Shown here: in pieces, positions 1 through 9,826 of the stretch
Position numbering within the stretch: the stretch's first letter is position 1
Layout of the letters: each line of letters starts with the position of its first letter
Assembly (NCBI GenBank): GCA_963726465.1
Contig: CAVSCQ010000021.1
Span: 46,599 to 110,598 of the forward strand
Length of the DNA stretch: 64,000 nucleotides
Origin: an uncultured Solirubrobacterales bacterium
Lineage (GTDB): Bacteria; Actinomycetota; Thermoleophilia; Solirubrobacterales; Solirubrobacteraceae
Direction of reading: 5' to 3'
Position numbers and translations under genes: made by a program
Notes under the pieces: generated by a model
Told to the model about the DNA's origin: nothing
Database searches by the model: none
The model's input: only the letters and a program-made list of their open reading frames with translations

Positions 1-252
1 CGCTTCAAAGTGGTCGACGCCCTTGGGCGTCGCTTCGTAGATGGTACGTGGCGCAGCGCGCTCGTTGGCTGCATTTCTGCGCTGGCCGGCGCTGCGCACC
101 ATTTCGTCCGCGCTGAGCTGATCGAGCGCCGAATAGACGCCGGTCGGGGCAAAGCCCGAAGAGCCAAATCTAGACTGGAGACGTCGCGCGAGGTCATAGC
201 CGTAGCCCGGCCGCTCTATCACCAGTCCCAAGACCGCGTTCTTGGCCGACAT
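1..252 (-). CDS. PadR-family transcriptional regulator (3' end runs off window)
   Basis: Not in the ORF track. Manual translation from ATG 252 gives MSAKNAVLGLVIERPGYGYDLARRL...TGVYSALDQL...RTIYEATPKG, a PadR wHTH pattern. Confidence 0.8.
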   Translation of the reverse strand, partial: MSAKNAVLGLVIERPGYGYDLARRLQSRFGSSGFAPTGVYSALDQLSADEMVRSAGQRRNAANERAAPRTIYEATPKGVDHFEA

Positions 253-343
253 CGCCGAATCGACCCCTAGCTCAAAACGTCCGCTGACATCACCGACACA
301 GTATGCAAGATCCAGCACAGATGTGTCCTTGTGCCGAACAATT

Positions 344-1864
344 TCAATGAGCAGCTACTGGACCATGGACGGCGGAGACCACGCCATGCTCGCTTGAACT
401 GCTTTCGGGGACGAAACCTGGGAGCTCGAGCACCACACTTGCGCCGCCCCCTACAGAAGCTCCGGCAGTAACCGAACCCCCGTGCGCCTCGGCTATCGCC
501 CTCACAATCGCCAGACCAAGGCCGGTCCCGCCGGAAGCCCTGTCGCGCGCCGTATCGGTGCGATGGAAACGATCGAAGACGTGCTCGCGCTGATCTGGGT
601 CGATACCGGGCCCGTCGTCTTCTAGGAGAAAGCGGACGCGATCGCCGGCGCCCGTCTCGATCCGCAAGCGGACGAGCCCGTCTGCCTCGGCGGTGTGCTC
701 GACGGCATTACCGATCAGATTGCGCAATGCCTGGGCGAGTCGGTCGGGATCGGCTCGTAGGCACCCGGCGGGCACGCTCGCGAGCTCGAAACGGCGTTTG
801 GCGAGCAGGCTCGTGCCGTCCCACAGCCCGCGCACATAATCGGGCAGGTCAATCGACTGTATGCGCAGGAACTCCGTCTGCTCGGCCTTGGCCAGCAACA
901 GCAAGTCGTCTACCAGGCGAGTGATGCGACCAATCTCGGCCTGCACGAGCCGCTCCACCCGCCTGACCTCTCCCTCCAAAGGCTGGGGCTGCGCGGCAAG
1001 AACCTCCATTTGTCCGCGAATCACCGTCAAGGGCGTGCGTAGCTCATGCGAGGCATCGGCCACGAAGGCACGCTGACCGGCAAAAGCCTCGGTCAGGCGA
1101 TCGAGCATATGGTTGAAAGCGTCCGCCAGCACCTTCAGCTCGCTGGCCTCGTGCGCAAGATCCTGGATGCGCGGATGAAGATCGCCCGCGTCGACCTTCG
1201 CGGCGACCGCCGCCATCCGCCTCAAGGGTCGCGACACGCGCGCACCGACCAGGTAGGCCGCCACGAGCGTGCCGAGCAAAGCGAGGATGCCGGCCAAAAC
1301 GAACGCGCGGGCGACACTCCCCTGCGCGTGAGCAACCACGGCCAATGGCTCGCCGGCGCCGACCGTGACCCGCAGGCCACCGGGCAAGACGGCGGTGCGC
1401 TCAAGCAAACGTAGATTGCCGACGTCGGGCAAGGTCAGCGTTGAGTAACCGTCGTGGACGGTCCGCAACTTGGCCGCCAGCCTATTCTCGGCGGCTTGCT
1501 CGGCCACCGTCTCGCCGTTGTCGACCTTTGCGTGAGTGAACAGCTCAGGTCGGTTTGAACTCGTGTGCGCCCCCGGCACAATCGCGAACAGCAGCGTTGA
1601 GCTCGCGCTGAAGGGCTGAGCGCGTATGTAGCGCGTTGCCCGTTGGGCTACTTGCGCCGGTTGGACATCGTCGGAGGCGATCAACGCATGCGAGAGATCG
1701 CTCGCGTCGCCGTGAATCTCTTGGTCAATCTGATGTCGCAGCTCACTTCCGGTGCGGCGATAGACCACAACGAAAGTTATCGCCGAGGAGACCAGCACGA
1801 CAAGCGCCATCCAAGCGCCGAGGCGCCAGCGCAAGCCACCGGGTGCGATCCGTCTAGCCGCCAT
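344..1864 (-). CDS. HAMP-domain sensor histidine kinase
   Basis: Two TM segments, HAMP, H-box ADASHELRTPL, N-box NLIGNA, DDGPG, GGTGLGLAI. Start may be 1879. Confidence 0.95.
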   Translation of the reverse strand: MAARRIAPGGLRWRLGAWMALVVLVSSAITFVVVYRRTGSELRHQIDQEIHGDASDLSHALIASDDVQPAQVAQRATRYIRAQPFSASSTLLFAIVPGAHTSSNRPELFTHAKVDNGETVAEQAAENRLAAKLRTVHDGYSTLTLPDVGNLRLLERTAVLPGGLRVTVGAGEPLAVVAHAQGSVARAFVLAGILALLGTLVAAYLVGARVSRPLRRMAAVAAKVDAGDLHPRIQDLAHEASELKVLADAFNHMLDRLTEAFAGQRAFVADASHELRTPLTVIRGQMEVLAAQPQPLEGEVRRVERLVQAEIGRITRLVDDLLLLAKAEQTEFLRIQSIDLPDYVRGLWDGTSLLAKRRFELASVPAGCLRADPDRLAQALRNLIGNAVEHTAEADGLVRLRIETGAGDRVRFLLEDDGPGIDPDQREHVFDRFHRTDTARDRASGGTGLGLAIVRAIAEAHGGSVTAGASVGGGASVVLELPGFVPESSSSEHGVVSAVHGPVAAH

Positions 1865-1894
1865 CGCCGTGCCAAGCACCCGGAAGGAGAGTCC

Positions 1895-2572
1895 TCAGCT
1901 TCCGTCGCCGAGTCGGTAGCCGACCCCGCGCACCGTGAAGATCGGAGCCGGACTGTCGGGTCGAGCAAGCTTGCGACGCAGATAGCCGACATATACATCC
2001 ACCACATTCGTAGCCGGATCGTGCTGGTAGCCCCACACGGAGCTGAGAATCTGCTCACGCGCGACTACCTGACCACAGTGGCGCATCAGATGCACAAGCA
2101 ACTCGAACTCGGTGGTGGAAAGCGCCACCTGGATCCCCGCGCGACGCGCCTTGCGCGTGAGCAGATTAACTTCAATGTCGCCGCTTTGGAGGGTAGTGGT
2201 CGAGGTCTGCGCCGCCACCCGCAATTGCGCCCGTATGCGCGCCAGCAGCTCGGCCAAGGAGAAGGGCTTCACCAGATAGTCGACCGCACCGGCGTCCAAG
2301 CCGGTCACCCGGTCCTCGATCTCTCCGCGCGCTGTGAGCACGATCACCGGCAGCTCCGGCTTTAGCTCACGGAGTCTCGCAAGTACATCGAGACCCGGAA
2401 GCCCCGGCAGCATCAGATCGAGCACCACCATGTCAAAGCTCTCGCGCAAAGCGATCTGCTCCCCTTCGCGTCCGTCGAGTGCGGAGCGCACAGTGAATCC
2501 CTCAGTTCGCAGGCCTCTCGTGAGAAAATCGACGATCCCAGGCTCATCCTCCACCACCAGGATCGAGGGCAT
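1895..2572 (-). CDS. OmpR/MprA-family response regulator
   Basis: ILVVEDE, LDLMLP, KPF, and C-terminal wHTH NVVDVYVGYLRRKL...TVRGVGY. Confidence 0.95.
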   Translation of the reverse strand: MPSILVVEDEPGIVDFLTRGLRTEGFTVRSALDGREGEQIALRESFDMVVLDLMLPGLPGLDVLARLRELKPELPVIVLTARGEIEDRVTGLDAGAVDYLVKPFSLAELLARIRAQLRVAAQTSTTTLQSGDIEVNLLTRKARRAGIQVALSTTEFELLVHLMRHCGQVVAREQILSSVWGYQHDPATNVVDVYVGYLRRKLARPDSPAPIFTVRGVGYRLGDGS

Positions 2573-2727
2573 CAAAGAAGAGTCCGCTACCTGCTCGGCC
2601 AAGTCGGGCATCCAGTGAGGATAGTTCCGATTGAAGCGAACTTCCTCACCTGATGCTCGTCCTACGGACAGCTACACAGGCCGAGACTCAGGAAACGCTT
2701 GACCTCACCCCTGGATTCGATGACTTT

Positions 2728-2756
2728 TCTCATGTTGCTGTTAGCGAACCCTTAGC
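2728..2756 (+). promoter_or_regulatory. Putative OmpR-family operator: three direct repeats at 11-bp period
   Basis: TCTCA (2728), TGTTA (2739), CCTTA (2750), between the divergent regulator and the redox operon. Confidence 0.5.
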
Positions 2757-2777
2757 AACCCGGCACACACTGGCTGC

Positions 2778-3503
2778 ATGTCCGCAGAGCAGCATGCGCC
2801 CCAACAACGCCACACCCCACGCAGCCCCTCCCCGCCCGCCAAGTTTGAGCCAGGAAATGGCACGCAAGACGGAGCGCTAGCGCGAACCGCCGATGGACAC
2901 CTGACCGGCGGAGGCATCTCCGGCAACGAGCGCCTCACCGCGGCCACCGGTGTCCTGCTGATCCTGCTGCTGGCAGTGATCGGCGTAACGCTTCTGCGCC
3001 TGCGCTCGCTGATCTCCGTCCACCTATTCGTCGGGCTGTTGCTGATTCCACCGATCGCGTTGAAGCTTGCGAGCACCGGCTACCGGTTCATGCGCTACTA
3101 CACCTCCAACACCGCCTATCGCGAGCGAGGCGCGCCCCCCATCCTGCTGCGTGTAAGCGCCCCGGTGGTGGTCGCCTCCACCATCGCGGTGCTCGCGACC
3201 GGAGTTGCGCTGCTGTTCGTGGGGCCCGAGTCCGCGGGGATCTTGCGCGAGCTGCACAAGTTGAGCTTCATCGTTTGGGGCGCGTTCACTGCGCTTCACG
3301 TGCTCGGACACCTGCCCGACCTGCAAAAGACTTTTCTCACGAAACGGGGAGGTCGCGTCGAGTACAACCAACTTGCCGCCGGACGAACAGGACGGGCCAT
3401 ATCGATCGCGAGCGCGCTGCTTGCCGGCGTAGTGCTCGCGATCCTGCTCATCCCCCACTATGGAGCTTGGTCCCAATTCGAGGTTTTCCACCATCACCAC
3501 TGA
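2778..3503 (+). CDS. Multi-TM membrane protein, possibly cytochrome b-like
   Basis: About 5 hydrophobic helices with intramembrane His (VHLFVG, LHKLSF, LHVLGHL); ends in HHHH. Confidence 0.65.
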   Translation: MSAEQHAPQQRHTPRSPSPPAKFEPGNGTQDGALARTADGHLTGGGISGNERLTAATGVLLILLLAVIGVTLLRLRSLISVHLFVGLLLIPPIALKLASTGYRFMRYYTSNTAYRERGAPPILLRVSAPVVVASTIAVLATGVALLFVGPESAGILRELHKLSFIVWGAFTALHVLGHLPDLQKTFLTKRGGRVEYNQLAAGRTGRAISIASALLAGVVLAILLIPHYGAWSQFEVFHHHH

Positions 3504-3505
3504 CC

Positions 3506-4006
3506 ATGACTCCTAGACCGACAAATGCCAGAGACGCCGCCCTGCGCAGGCTCAGCTGCGCAAACCGTTGGCTGGTGGCCGGCTCGGTGGCACTGACCGG
3601 CGTCTTCGCCGAGGTCGCCGCGAGTGCCTTCCCCGGCAAAACGGTCAAGGCGGCCGGCACAAGTGGATCGAAGAAATCCCACACGACTCATACCTCGAAA
3701 GCGGCGACGAAACCGATTCAACCACCTGCACAAGCGCCTAAAGCAAGCACCACACCAGAACCCAGCACGACACCTGAATCTCCATCTCAAGAATCGGCGC
3801 CGGCCCAGGAATCCGCGCCAACCCAGGAATCGGCGCCCTCACAAGAATCCGCGCCGGCTCAGGAATCGGCACCCGTCGAACAGTCCGCACCAGCCCAGGA
3901 ATCCGCACCAGCCCAGGAATCCGCACCAGCTCAGGAATCGACGCCGGCTCAGGAATCGGCGCCGGCTCAGGAATCCTCCTCTCCCGTGGTGTCCGGTGGA
4001 TCGTAA
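3506..4006 (+). CDS. Exported low-complexity protein ending VVSGGS; candidate ApbE flavinylation substrate
   Basis: N-terminal basic + hydrophobic segment, QESAPA repeats, terminal SGGS; directly upstream of apbE. Confidence 0.7.
   Translation: MTPRPTNARDAALRRLSCANRWLVAGSVALTGVFAEVAASAFPGKTVKAAGTSGSKKSHTTHTSKAATKPIQPPAQAPKASTTPEPSTTPESPSQESAPAQESAPTQESAPSQESAPAQESAPVEQSAPAQESAPAQESAPAQESTPAQESAPAQESSSPVVSGGS
3788..3985 (+). repeat. Coding tandem repeat, 11 x 18 bp (QESAPA-like)
   Basis: Units such as CAGGAATCGGCGCCGGCT. Confidence 0.95.
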
Positions 4007-4976
4007 GAGACCCGATCGGGCCACCGCACGGGCAAGCTGGCAAGCGCTCGGCACCAGCGCCGTGCTGTTGGTGGACGAGCCCGATGCGCTTGCCCAGGCG
4101 AGGTCAATCGTGAAGCGCGAGCTGGAGCGGATCGACCGAGCCTGCAGTCGTTTTCGCGAGGATTCCGACTTGACTCGCTTGAACACGCGCGCCGGGCAGG
4201 CCGTTCGCGTCACGCCGCTGTTGGTGCAAGCGACCGAAGTCGCCCTACGCGCCGCGGAGCTGACCGAAGGGGATGTCGATCCGACCGTCGGTCGAGCCCT
4301 CGAACTGGCCGGGTATGACCGTGATTGGCGCCTGCTCGACCGCAACTCGCCCACCGTGACCGGTCCCCCCAGAGGCGTACGGGCAAGCTTTCGCTCGGGC
4401 TGGCGAACGGTCGAAGTCAGCCGTGGACGCACAACTTTGAGGATCCCGGCCGGGGTGAAGCTCGACCTCGGGGCGACCGCGAAGGCTTGGGCCGCCGATC
4501 GGGCCAGCCGGGCCGTTTACGAGGCGGTGGGTTGTGGCGTGCTGGTTGGGCTCGGCGGGGATATCGCTACGGCTGGTCCTGCACCCGGACGAGGGTGGCC
4601 CGTTCACGTGACCGACAACCATCGCGCCGGACCGCGGGCGCCAGGACAGACGATCGCGATCGAAAGCGGGGGGCTGGCAACGTCGAGCACCACAGTCCGT
4701 CGCTGGAACCACGAAGGTCAAGCGATGCACCACATCATCGACCCTTCCACTGGTGCTCCGGCTCGCAGCATGTGGCGCACAGTGAGCGTTGCGGCACTTG
4801 ACTGCGCCGACGCCAACATTGCCGCTACAGCGGCGATCGTGCGCGGCCCCGAGGCCCCAACTTGGCTTGAGGACATGGGTCTTCCCGCCCGTCTGGTGGC
4901 TTGCGAGGGCGAGGTTCACACGGTCGGAGGCTGGCCCTCGCAGGATGAGCTCGTTCCCCCCAAGGCACTCCGGTGA
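3996..4976 (+). CDS. apbE: FAD:protein FMN transferase
   Basis: SRFREDSDL, DPTVG, LDLGATAKAWAAD, GGDIA, ATSS, HHIIDP; GTG start inferred. Confidence 0.93.
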   Translation: MDRKRPDRATARASWQALGTSAVLLVDEPDALAQARSIVKRELERIDRACSRFREDSDLTRLNTRAGQAVRVTPLLVQATEVALRAAELTEGDVDPTVGRALELAGYDRDWRLLDRNSPTVTGPPRGVRASFRSGWRTVEVSRGRTTLRIPAGVKLDLGATAKAWAADRASRAVYEAVGCGVLVGLGGDIATAGPAPGRGWPVHVTDNHRAGPRAPGQTIAIESGGLATSSTTVRRWNHEGQAMHHIIDPSTGAPARSMWRTVSVAALDCADANIAATAAIVRGPEAPTWLEDMGLPARLVACEGEVHTVGGWPSQDELVPPKALR

Positions 4977-5710
4977 GCATGACACTTGCAAGCGCGGGAC
5001 CAAGCGCCTACTGGTATATGACGCGCTCAAGCGGCGCGGTGGCCTTGATCTTGCTCACCGTCTCCCTGGTTCTTGGCGTGGTTGACGTGCGGCGCTGGAG
5101 CACCGAGAAATGGCCACGCTTCGTGGTGGACTCCCTGCATCGCAACGTGTCCCTGCTGGCATTGGCGTTCCTGGGCCTGCACATCCTGACGGCCGTGCTC
5201 GACAGCTTTGCGCCGATCTCCTTGATCAATGCCTTGGTCCCCTTCACCGGCTCCTACCGGCCATTCTGGCTGGGCTTGGGCGCGCTGTCGTTCGATTTGA
5301 TATTGGCCGTAATCGTGACGAGCCTGTTGCGCCGGCGGATGGGCCACTCGGCCTGGCGCGCGGTGCACTGGCTCTCCTATGCCAGCTGGCCGATTGCTTT
5401 GCTGCATGGCTTGGGGACGGGCTCCGACGTGAAAAGCAGCTGGATGCTGGCGCTCAGCGTCGGCTGTCTGTTCGCCGTCTTGGCGGCCGTCTCGGTGCGC
5501 ATCGCGGCGGGCTGGCCCGACCGGATTGCCCAGCGCGGCGCCGCCCTGGGCGGTGCCGCGCTATTCACACTCGGCTTGATCCTGTGGCTGCCGAGTGGCC
5601 CCTTGGGCAAAGAATGGGCGCGTCGCTCAGGCACCCCGTCCTCCCTGCTCGGCTCCTCCTCCAAACAGTCCTCCTCGGGCTCTGGTTCTGGCTCGGAAGA
5701 AAGTCGATGA
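4973..5710 (+). CDS. Ferric reductase-like (MsrQ-like) transmembrane heme protein
   Basis: WYMTRSSG, LHRNVS, LHIL, WRAVHWLSY, LLHGLGTGSD. Confidence 0.88.
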   Translation: MSMTLASAGPSAYWYMTRSSGAVALILLTVSLVLGVVDVRRWSTEKWPRFVVDSLHRNVSLLALAFLGLHILTAVLDSFAPISLINALVPFTGSYRPFWLGLGALSFDLILAVIVTSLLRRRMGHSAWRAVHWLSYASWPIALLHGLGTGSDVKSSWMLALSVGCLFAVLAAVSVRIAAGWPDRIAQRGAALGGAALFTLGLILWLPSGPLGKEWARRSGTPSSLLGSSSKQSSSGSGSGSEESR

Positions 5711-7104
5711 TGAGCCCAGGCGCCGACACCGCCGAATTCCCCCGCTCGAGGGCTAATCCTGAGGAGCGATGTCTTGACGATCAGGCAGGTGAATCCATGC
5801 CGGACGAGCCCAGCCCCAGCTCGGGGCTGCCGCGCCTGTTGGAGGGTGTGCCCTCATGGGGCGCGATGGACCTGCGAACCCATCTCGATACCCACGGTCT
5901 CGTTACCACCCCGCGCCGACGTGAGCGCCGGGGAACGGGCGCTTTGATCGACCGGATCGAACAGGCGGGCTTGGGGGGTCGCGGAGGCGCCGCCTTCCCG
6001 ATGGCCAAGAAGATGCGCACGGTGGCCGCGGGCAAAGGCAAGCCGATCGTGGTCGTGAACGCGACCGAGGGTGAGCCCGCGAGCCTCAAGGACCGCACCT
6101 TGCTCGAGACCTTGCCCCATCTGGTCCTCGACGGTGCGGCCTTCGCCGCCCGCGCGATCGGCGCGGACGAAGCGATCCTGTGCGTATGCGAATCAGCCGG
6201 CGTGGCGATCGAGCGGGTCGAACGAGCAATCGCCGAACGCCGCGAGCTGCCTGGCCACTGGCCCCGCATCGCGCTGAGCGCGGCGCCGGTCGGCTATGTG
6301 ACCGGCCAGGAGTCGGCGCTCGTCAACCACTTGAACGGAGGGCCGCCGAAGCCGACCTTCTCGCCGCCGATGCCCTTCGAGCGTGGCGTGCGGCGGCGAC
6401 CCACTCTCGTCAACAACGCCGAGACAGTGGCTCACGTGGCATTGATCGCGCGCCACGGCCCGCGCTGGTTTCGCGAGCTCGGGCTCACAGAGCAGCCCGG
6501 CTCCACCCTGCTGACCCTGAGCGGACCAATCGCTTATCCGGGGGTATATGAGGTCGAGTACGGCGCTTCGCTCTCCTCGTTGCTGGACGCCGCCGGCGGA
6601 ACCGCCAGCCGCATACGCGCCGCGCTGTTCGGTGGGTACGCGGGCACATGGGTCGACGGCCGAGCGCTGCCGGATTTGGCTTTGTCGAACGCCGACCTGG
6701 ACCCCTATGGCGCCACGCTAGGCGCAGGCGTGGTGCTGTTGCTCTCCGAGGACGCTTGCCCAGTCGCCGAGACCGCCCGCGTCACACGCTGGCTCGCGCG
6801 GCAGAGCGCCGGGCAGTGTGGACCTTGCGTGCACGGCTTGGACGCGCTCGCCGAGACGTTCGAGCGCGTGTGCGCGGGCACCGCGCCCAAGCACGCGGGC
6901 GCACGCTTGGAACAGCTCGCCAGCCTGGCCAGCAGACGCGGCGCTTGTGCCCATCCCGACGGCACGGCACGCTTTGCGATGAGCGCTTTGGATGTGTTCG
7001 CTGAGGAGTTCGCCGATCACCTCCACTACGGCGTCTGCGAGGCCTGCGCGCAACCCTCTCAGATGCCTCTGCCCAACCACCCCCGCCTCGCGGCGGTCGC
7101 CTGA
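5707..7104 (+). CDS. NuoF-like NADH/FMN/4Fe-4S oxidoreductase (stand-alone)
   Basis: GLGGRGGAAFP, NATEGEP, YVTGQESAL, NNAET, SAGQCGPCVHG...CAHPDG. Start may be 5797. Confidence 0.9.
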   Translation: MMSPGADTAEFPRSRANPEERCLDDQAGESMPDEPSPSSGLPRLLEGVPSWGAMDLRTHLDTHGLVTTPRRRERRGTGALIDRIEQAGLGGRGGAAFPMAKKMRTVAAGKGKPIVVVNATEGEPASLKDRTLLETLPHLVLDGAAFAARAIGADEAILCVCESAGVAIERVERAIAERRELPGHWPRIALSAAPVGYVTGQESALVNHLNGGPPKPTFSPPMPFERGVRRRPTLVNNAETVAHVALIARHGPRWFRELGLTEQPGSTLLTLSGPIAYPGVYEVEYGASLSSLLDAAGGTASRIRAALFGGYAGTWVDGRALPDLALSNADLDPYGATLGAGVVLLLSEDACPVAETARVTRWLARQSAGQCGPCVHGLDALAETFERVCAGTAPKHAGARLEQLASLASRRGACAHPDGTARFAMSALDVFAEEFADHLHYGVCEACAQPSQMPLPNHPRLAAVA

Positions 7105-7107
7105 GGA

Positions 7108-7320
7108 ATGGCCGAGCACGTGCGCGTCAACCCGATCACCTGCAAGGCTCACGGCATGTGCGCCGAGCTGTTGCCCGAGCGCATCGCTTTGGACGAGTGG
7201 GGCTACCCGATCGTCGACGAGCGACCGCTCTCGCCGGACCTGGTCTCCCACGCCCAGCGCGCGGCTCAGGCGTGCCCGACCTTTGCGTTGCTGGTCGAAC
7301 GCCAGCGCTCGCGCGGATAG
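7108..7320 (+). CDS. Ferredoxin
   Basis: CKAHGMCAE...ACP, actinobacterial single-cluster type. Confidence 0.9.
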   Translation: MAEHVRVNPITCKAHGMCAELLPERIALDEWGYPIVDERPLSPDLVSHAQRAAQACPTFALLVERQRSRG

Positions 7321-7324
7321 TGGT

Positions 7325-8206
7325 TCAGATCGCCCCCACGTGCACCGCCGCCAAGCCCTGCCACGGCCCGTAGCGCGCGAAGAACGAGCGCACGTCATCT
7401 TCGGAGGCATATGCGCGAGGATCACCGCCGCTGAGACTACGCCCGACGCACTTGAGCAGCCCCAGATCTCCGGCCGGCAGCTGATCGAAGCGTCCTTGGC
7501 CATACAGGGCGAGCATCTCCACCGTCCAGGGCCCAATGCCGGGGATCGCCCGCAATCGGCGCCACGCGCGCGGGTGATCGGGCCCATGCAAATCAAGTCG
7601 TCCCGTCGCCACCTCGCGCGCGACCCGCACCAGCAGGCGCGCCCTCGAGCCGGCCAAGTCGAAGGACTCCAGGCGCGCCGGCGGGGCACCCGCGAGCGTA
7701 TTCGCCGAGGGCACGTCACGCAGCGGACGCTCACAGCTCTCCCACGCGCTCCAGCGCGGTCCCATCGAGGCGACGATGCGCCGCTGGATCGCGACGGCGC
7801 GCTCGTACTCGATCAATTGCTCGCAGATCGCCCAGGCGAGTGCCTCGAACGGTTCGGGACGCCGTCTCGGGCGCAACCACGGACGACGGCGAATCGACGG
7901 CCCAATCAAAGGATCGCGGGCGAACTCGCGAACGAAAGCGCTCAAATCCTCATCGACACCGAGCGCGAAGCGCATCCGCCCGATCCCATGGTTGGCGGCC
8001 TCGGCGGTGTGCGCGCGCGCCCCGAACAGGACTGTGTGGGGCGCGGTCTGGACCACTCGCACATGCACCGGCGCCCCACCCCAATGGAGCAATCGTTCGA
8101 GCACCCCTCCGCGACTACGCAGCACCCCGTCCATGCTCCCCGAGCCCGGCAGGCGAAACGGCCCGGCCGGCTTGACCTCGACGCGCAGCTCGACTGACTC
8201 GCTCAA
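7325..8206 (-). CDS. AlkA-like HhH-GPD DNA glycosylase
   Basis: PFEALAWAICEQ, IPGIGPWTV, PAGDLGL. Confidence 0.85.
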   Translation of the reverse strand: MSESVELRVEVKPAGPFRLPGSGSMDGVLRSRGGVLERLLHWGGAPVHVRVVQTAPHTVLFGARAHTAEAANHGIGRMRFALGVDEDLSAFVREFARDPLIGPSIRRRPWLRPRRRPEPFEALAWAICEQLIEYERAVAIQRRIVASMGPRWSAWESCERPLRDVPSANTLAGAPPARLESFDLAGSRARLLVRVAREVATGRLDLHGPDHPRAWRRLRAIPGIGPWTVEMLALYGQGRFDQLPAGDLGLLKCVGRSLSGGDPRAYASEDDVRSFFARYGPWQGLAAVHVGAI

Positions 8207-8550
8207 CGGCCCCTGAGCGGAGCCCCGAGCAAGTGCACGTCAACCAGAAAGGAGCGCGATCCCACAATCGCGATCTCGGGCTGCTTGGAGCGCTTGCGGG
8301 CACGTCCGAGCCGTCGGGGGGCGCGTGCGTGCCTCAAGGCCACCTGGCGGCTGTGACGGCGGCGCACGAGGCCGAGCAAGGCCGCTCCCGCCAGAAAGCT
8401 GCCGGCAGCCACCGCGGCGGTCTGCACTGGAGCGCTTGGCGCGACCACCAGAGAGCGGGACTCCGAGGCGCCAAACATGCTCTTGGAGGGCAGCTCCGGG
8501 GCAAGCACAGGTACCCCGTCGAGAACCTCCTCGTCAAACGGCTCGCTCAC
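8203..8550 (-). CDS. Small membrane-anchored hypothetical protein
   Basis: One hydrophobic helix and a basic tail; TACACT 7 nt before GTG; overlaps alkA start. Confidence 0.6.
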   Translation of the reverse strand: MSEPFDEEVLDGVPVLAPELPSKSMFGASESRSLVVAPSAPVQTAAVAAGSFLAGAALLGLVRRRHSRQVALRHARAPRRLGRARKRSKQPEIAIVGSRSFLVDVHLLGAPLRGR

Positions 8551-8640
8551 AACACGCAGTGTAATCCTGGTGGCGGACCGCTCGCCGCACATGGCCGAGC
8601 GAAGAACGTCGTCGCACAGCCCGCCCGAGACGGAGCGTCG

Positions 8641-9798
8641 CTACAGCTCGCGCTCGTATACCCGATAGCGGCGCACGATCTTTCCGCCCATGCCTTCCAT
8701 CGCGCGATTCATGGGCTTGTTGGTCTCCAGGATCCAGCCCATCTCCCCGCCCTTCTGGGGCGTGCTTTCGGCCGCGTCGAAGTGCATTTGATAAAAGCGC
8801 GCGGCGACTCCCGTGTGTTGATACTCGGGCTTGACGCCAAGGGCGAACACCCGCACCGCGTCAATCTTCTTGCGCTCGCGCAGAGCCGTGATCCAGCCAA
8901 AAGGCAGCAGACGGCCATTCATCTTGGCCAGCACCTGGTTGAAGTCGGGCAAGGTCAAAGCCGCCCCGACGACCTCGCCGGTGTCCTTCTTTTCGGCGAC
9001 CATCGCCCAGTTCTCATCCAGGACCGGCCCCAGGTCCTTGGCGTAGTGGCGCACCTCCTCTTCGGTCAAGGGCACGAAGCCCCAGTTGCGCTCCCAGGCG
9101 GCGTTGTAGACCTCCAAGAAGCGACTGACCTCCTCCTGCAGGTCTTTCTTGCGGAAGTTGCGACACACGATGCCGTGCTCGGACTCGAGCTTGTCGGCCA
9201 TATCCCAAATCGCCTGGTGAACGTTCTCGCGGCCAGTGACGTATAGGCTCCACATGTACAAGTCCATCGCCTTGGCAATACCGATGTCCTGCTCGAAGAG
9301 GCGCTGGTAGTAAGGGTGATGCCACGGGCACAAGATGATCGGAGGACGCTCGTGCCCCTCGATTAGCAGCCCGCACTCGTCATTGGTAGTGAAGTCCATG
9401 GGGCCGACCATGCGGTCGCGTCCGCGCTCGCGCAGCCACTGCTCAGCCGTGACAAGCAAGGCGCGCGCCGCCTCTGGATCGTCCTCGCACTCAAACCAAC
9501 CGAACAGGCCCCACTCGTTGTCCTGAAACTCGTTGAGGTTGCGGTCTATGTGGGCGCTGATGCGGCCTACAGGCTCAGAACCTCGGTAGGCCAGGAAGTA
9601 CTGGGCCTCGGTGTGCTTGAAGAACGGGTTCTTCTTCTGGTCGAGCCTTTTCTTGACGTCCATCAAGAGCGGCGCAACCCAGTTGCGCTCGTTACGATAG
9701 AGCCGCCATGGCAGCTTGATGAAAGTGTTCAAGTCACTCCGGCTCCTGACCGGACGAACCTCGACCTTCATCGTCTTCCCCGAAGTCTCTACAGCCAT
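8641..9798 (-). CDS. GNAT-fold N-acyltransferase, bacterial ceramide synthase (bCerS/YghO)-like
   Basis: FIKLPWRLY...WVAPL...NPFF...GRISA...FGWFE...GPMDFTTNDECGLLIEG...PYY...NWGFVP...GWILETN; divergent from spt. Confidence 0.75.
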   Translation of the reverse strand: MAVETSGKTMKVEVRPVRSRSDLNTFIKLPWRLYRNERNWVAPLLMDVKKRLDQKKNPFFKHTEAQYFLAYRGSEPVGRISAHIDRNLNEFQDNEWGLFGWFECEDDPEAARALLVTAEQWLRERGRDRMVGPMDFTTNDECGLLIEGHERPPIILCPWHHPYYQRLFEQDIGIAKAMDLYMWSLYVTGRENVHQAIWDMADKLESEHGIVCRNFRKKDLQEEVSRFLEVYNAAWERNWGFVPLTEEEVRHYAKDLGPVLDENWAMVAEKKDTGEVVGAALTLPDFNQVLAKMNGRLLPFGWITALRERKKIDAVRVFALGVKPEYQHTGVAARFYQMHFDAAESTPQKGGEMGWILETNKPMNRAMEGMGGKIVRRYRVYEREL

Positions 9799-9826
9799 CG
9801 TGGCGCACCCTATAGGAAGAGAGCCG

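Noticed and set aside
5707-7104. Complex I (nuo) operon
   Set aside because: No other nuo genes; it sits in the ApbE operon.
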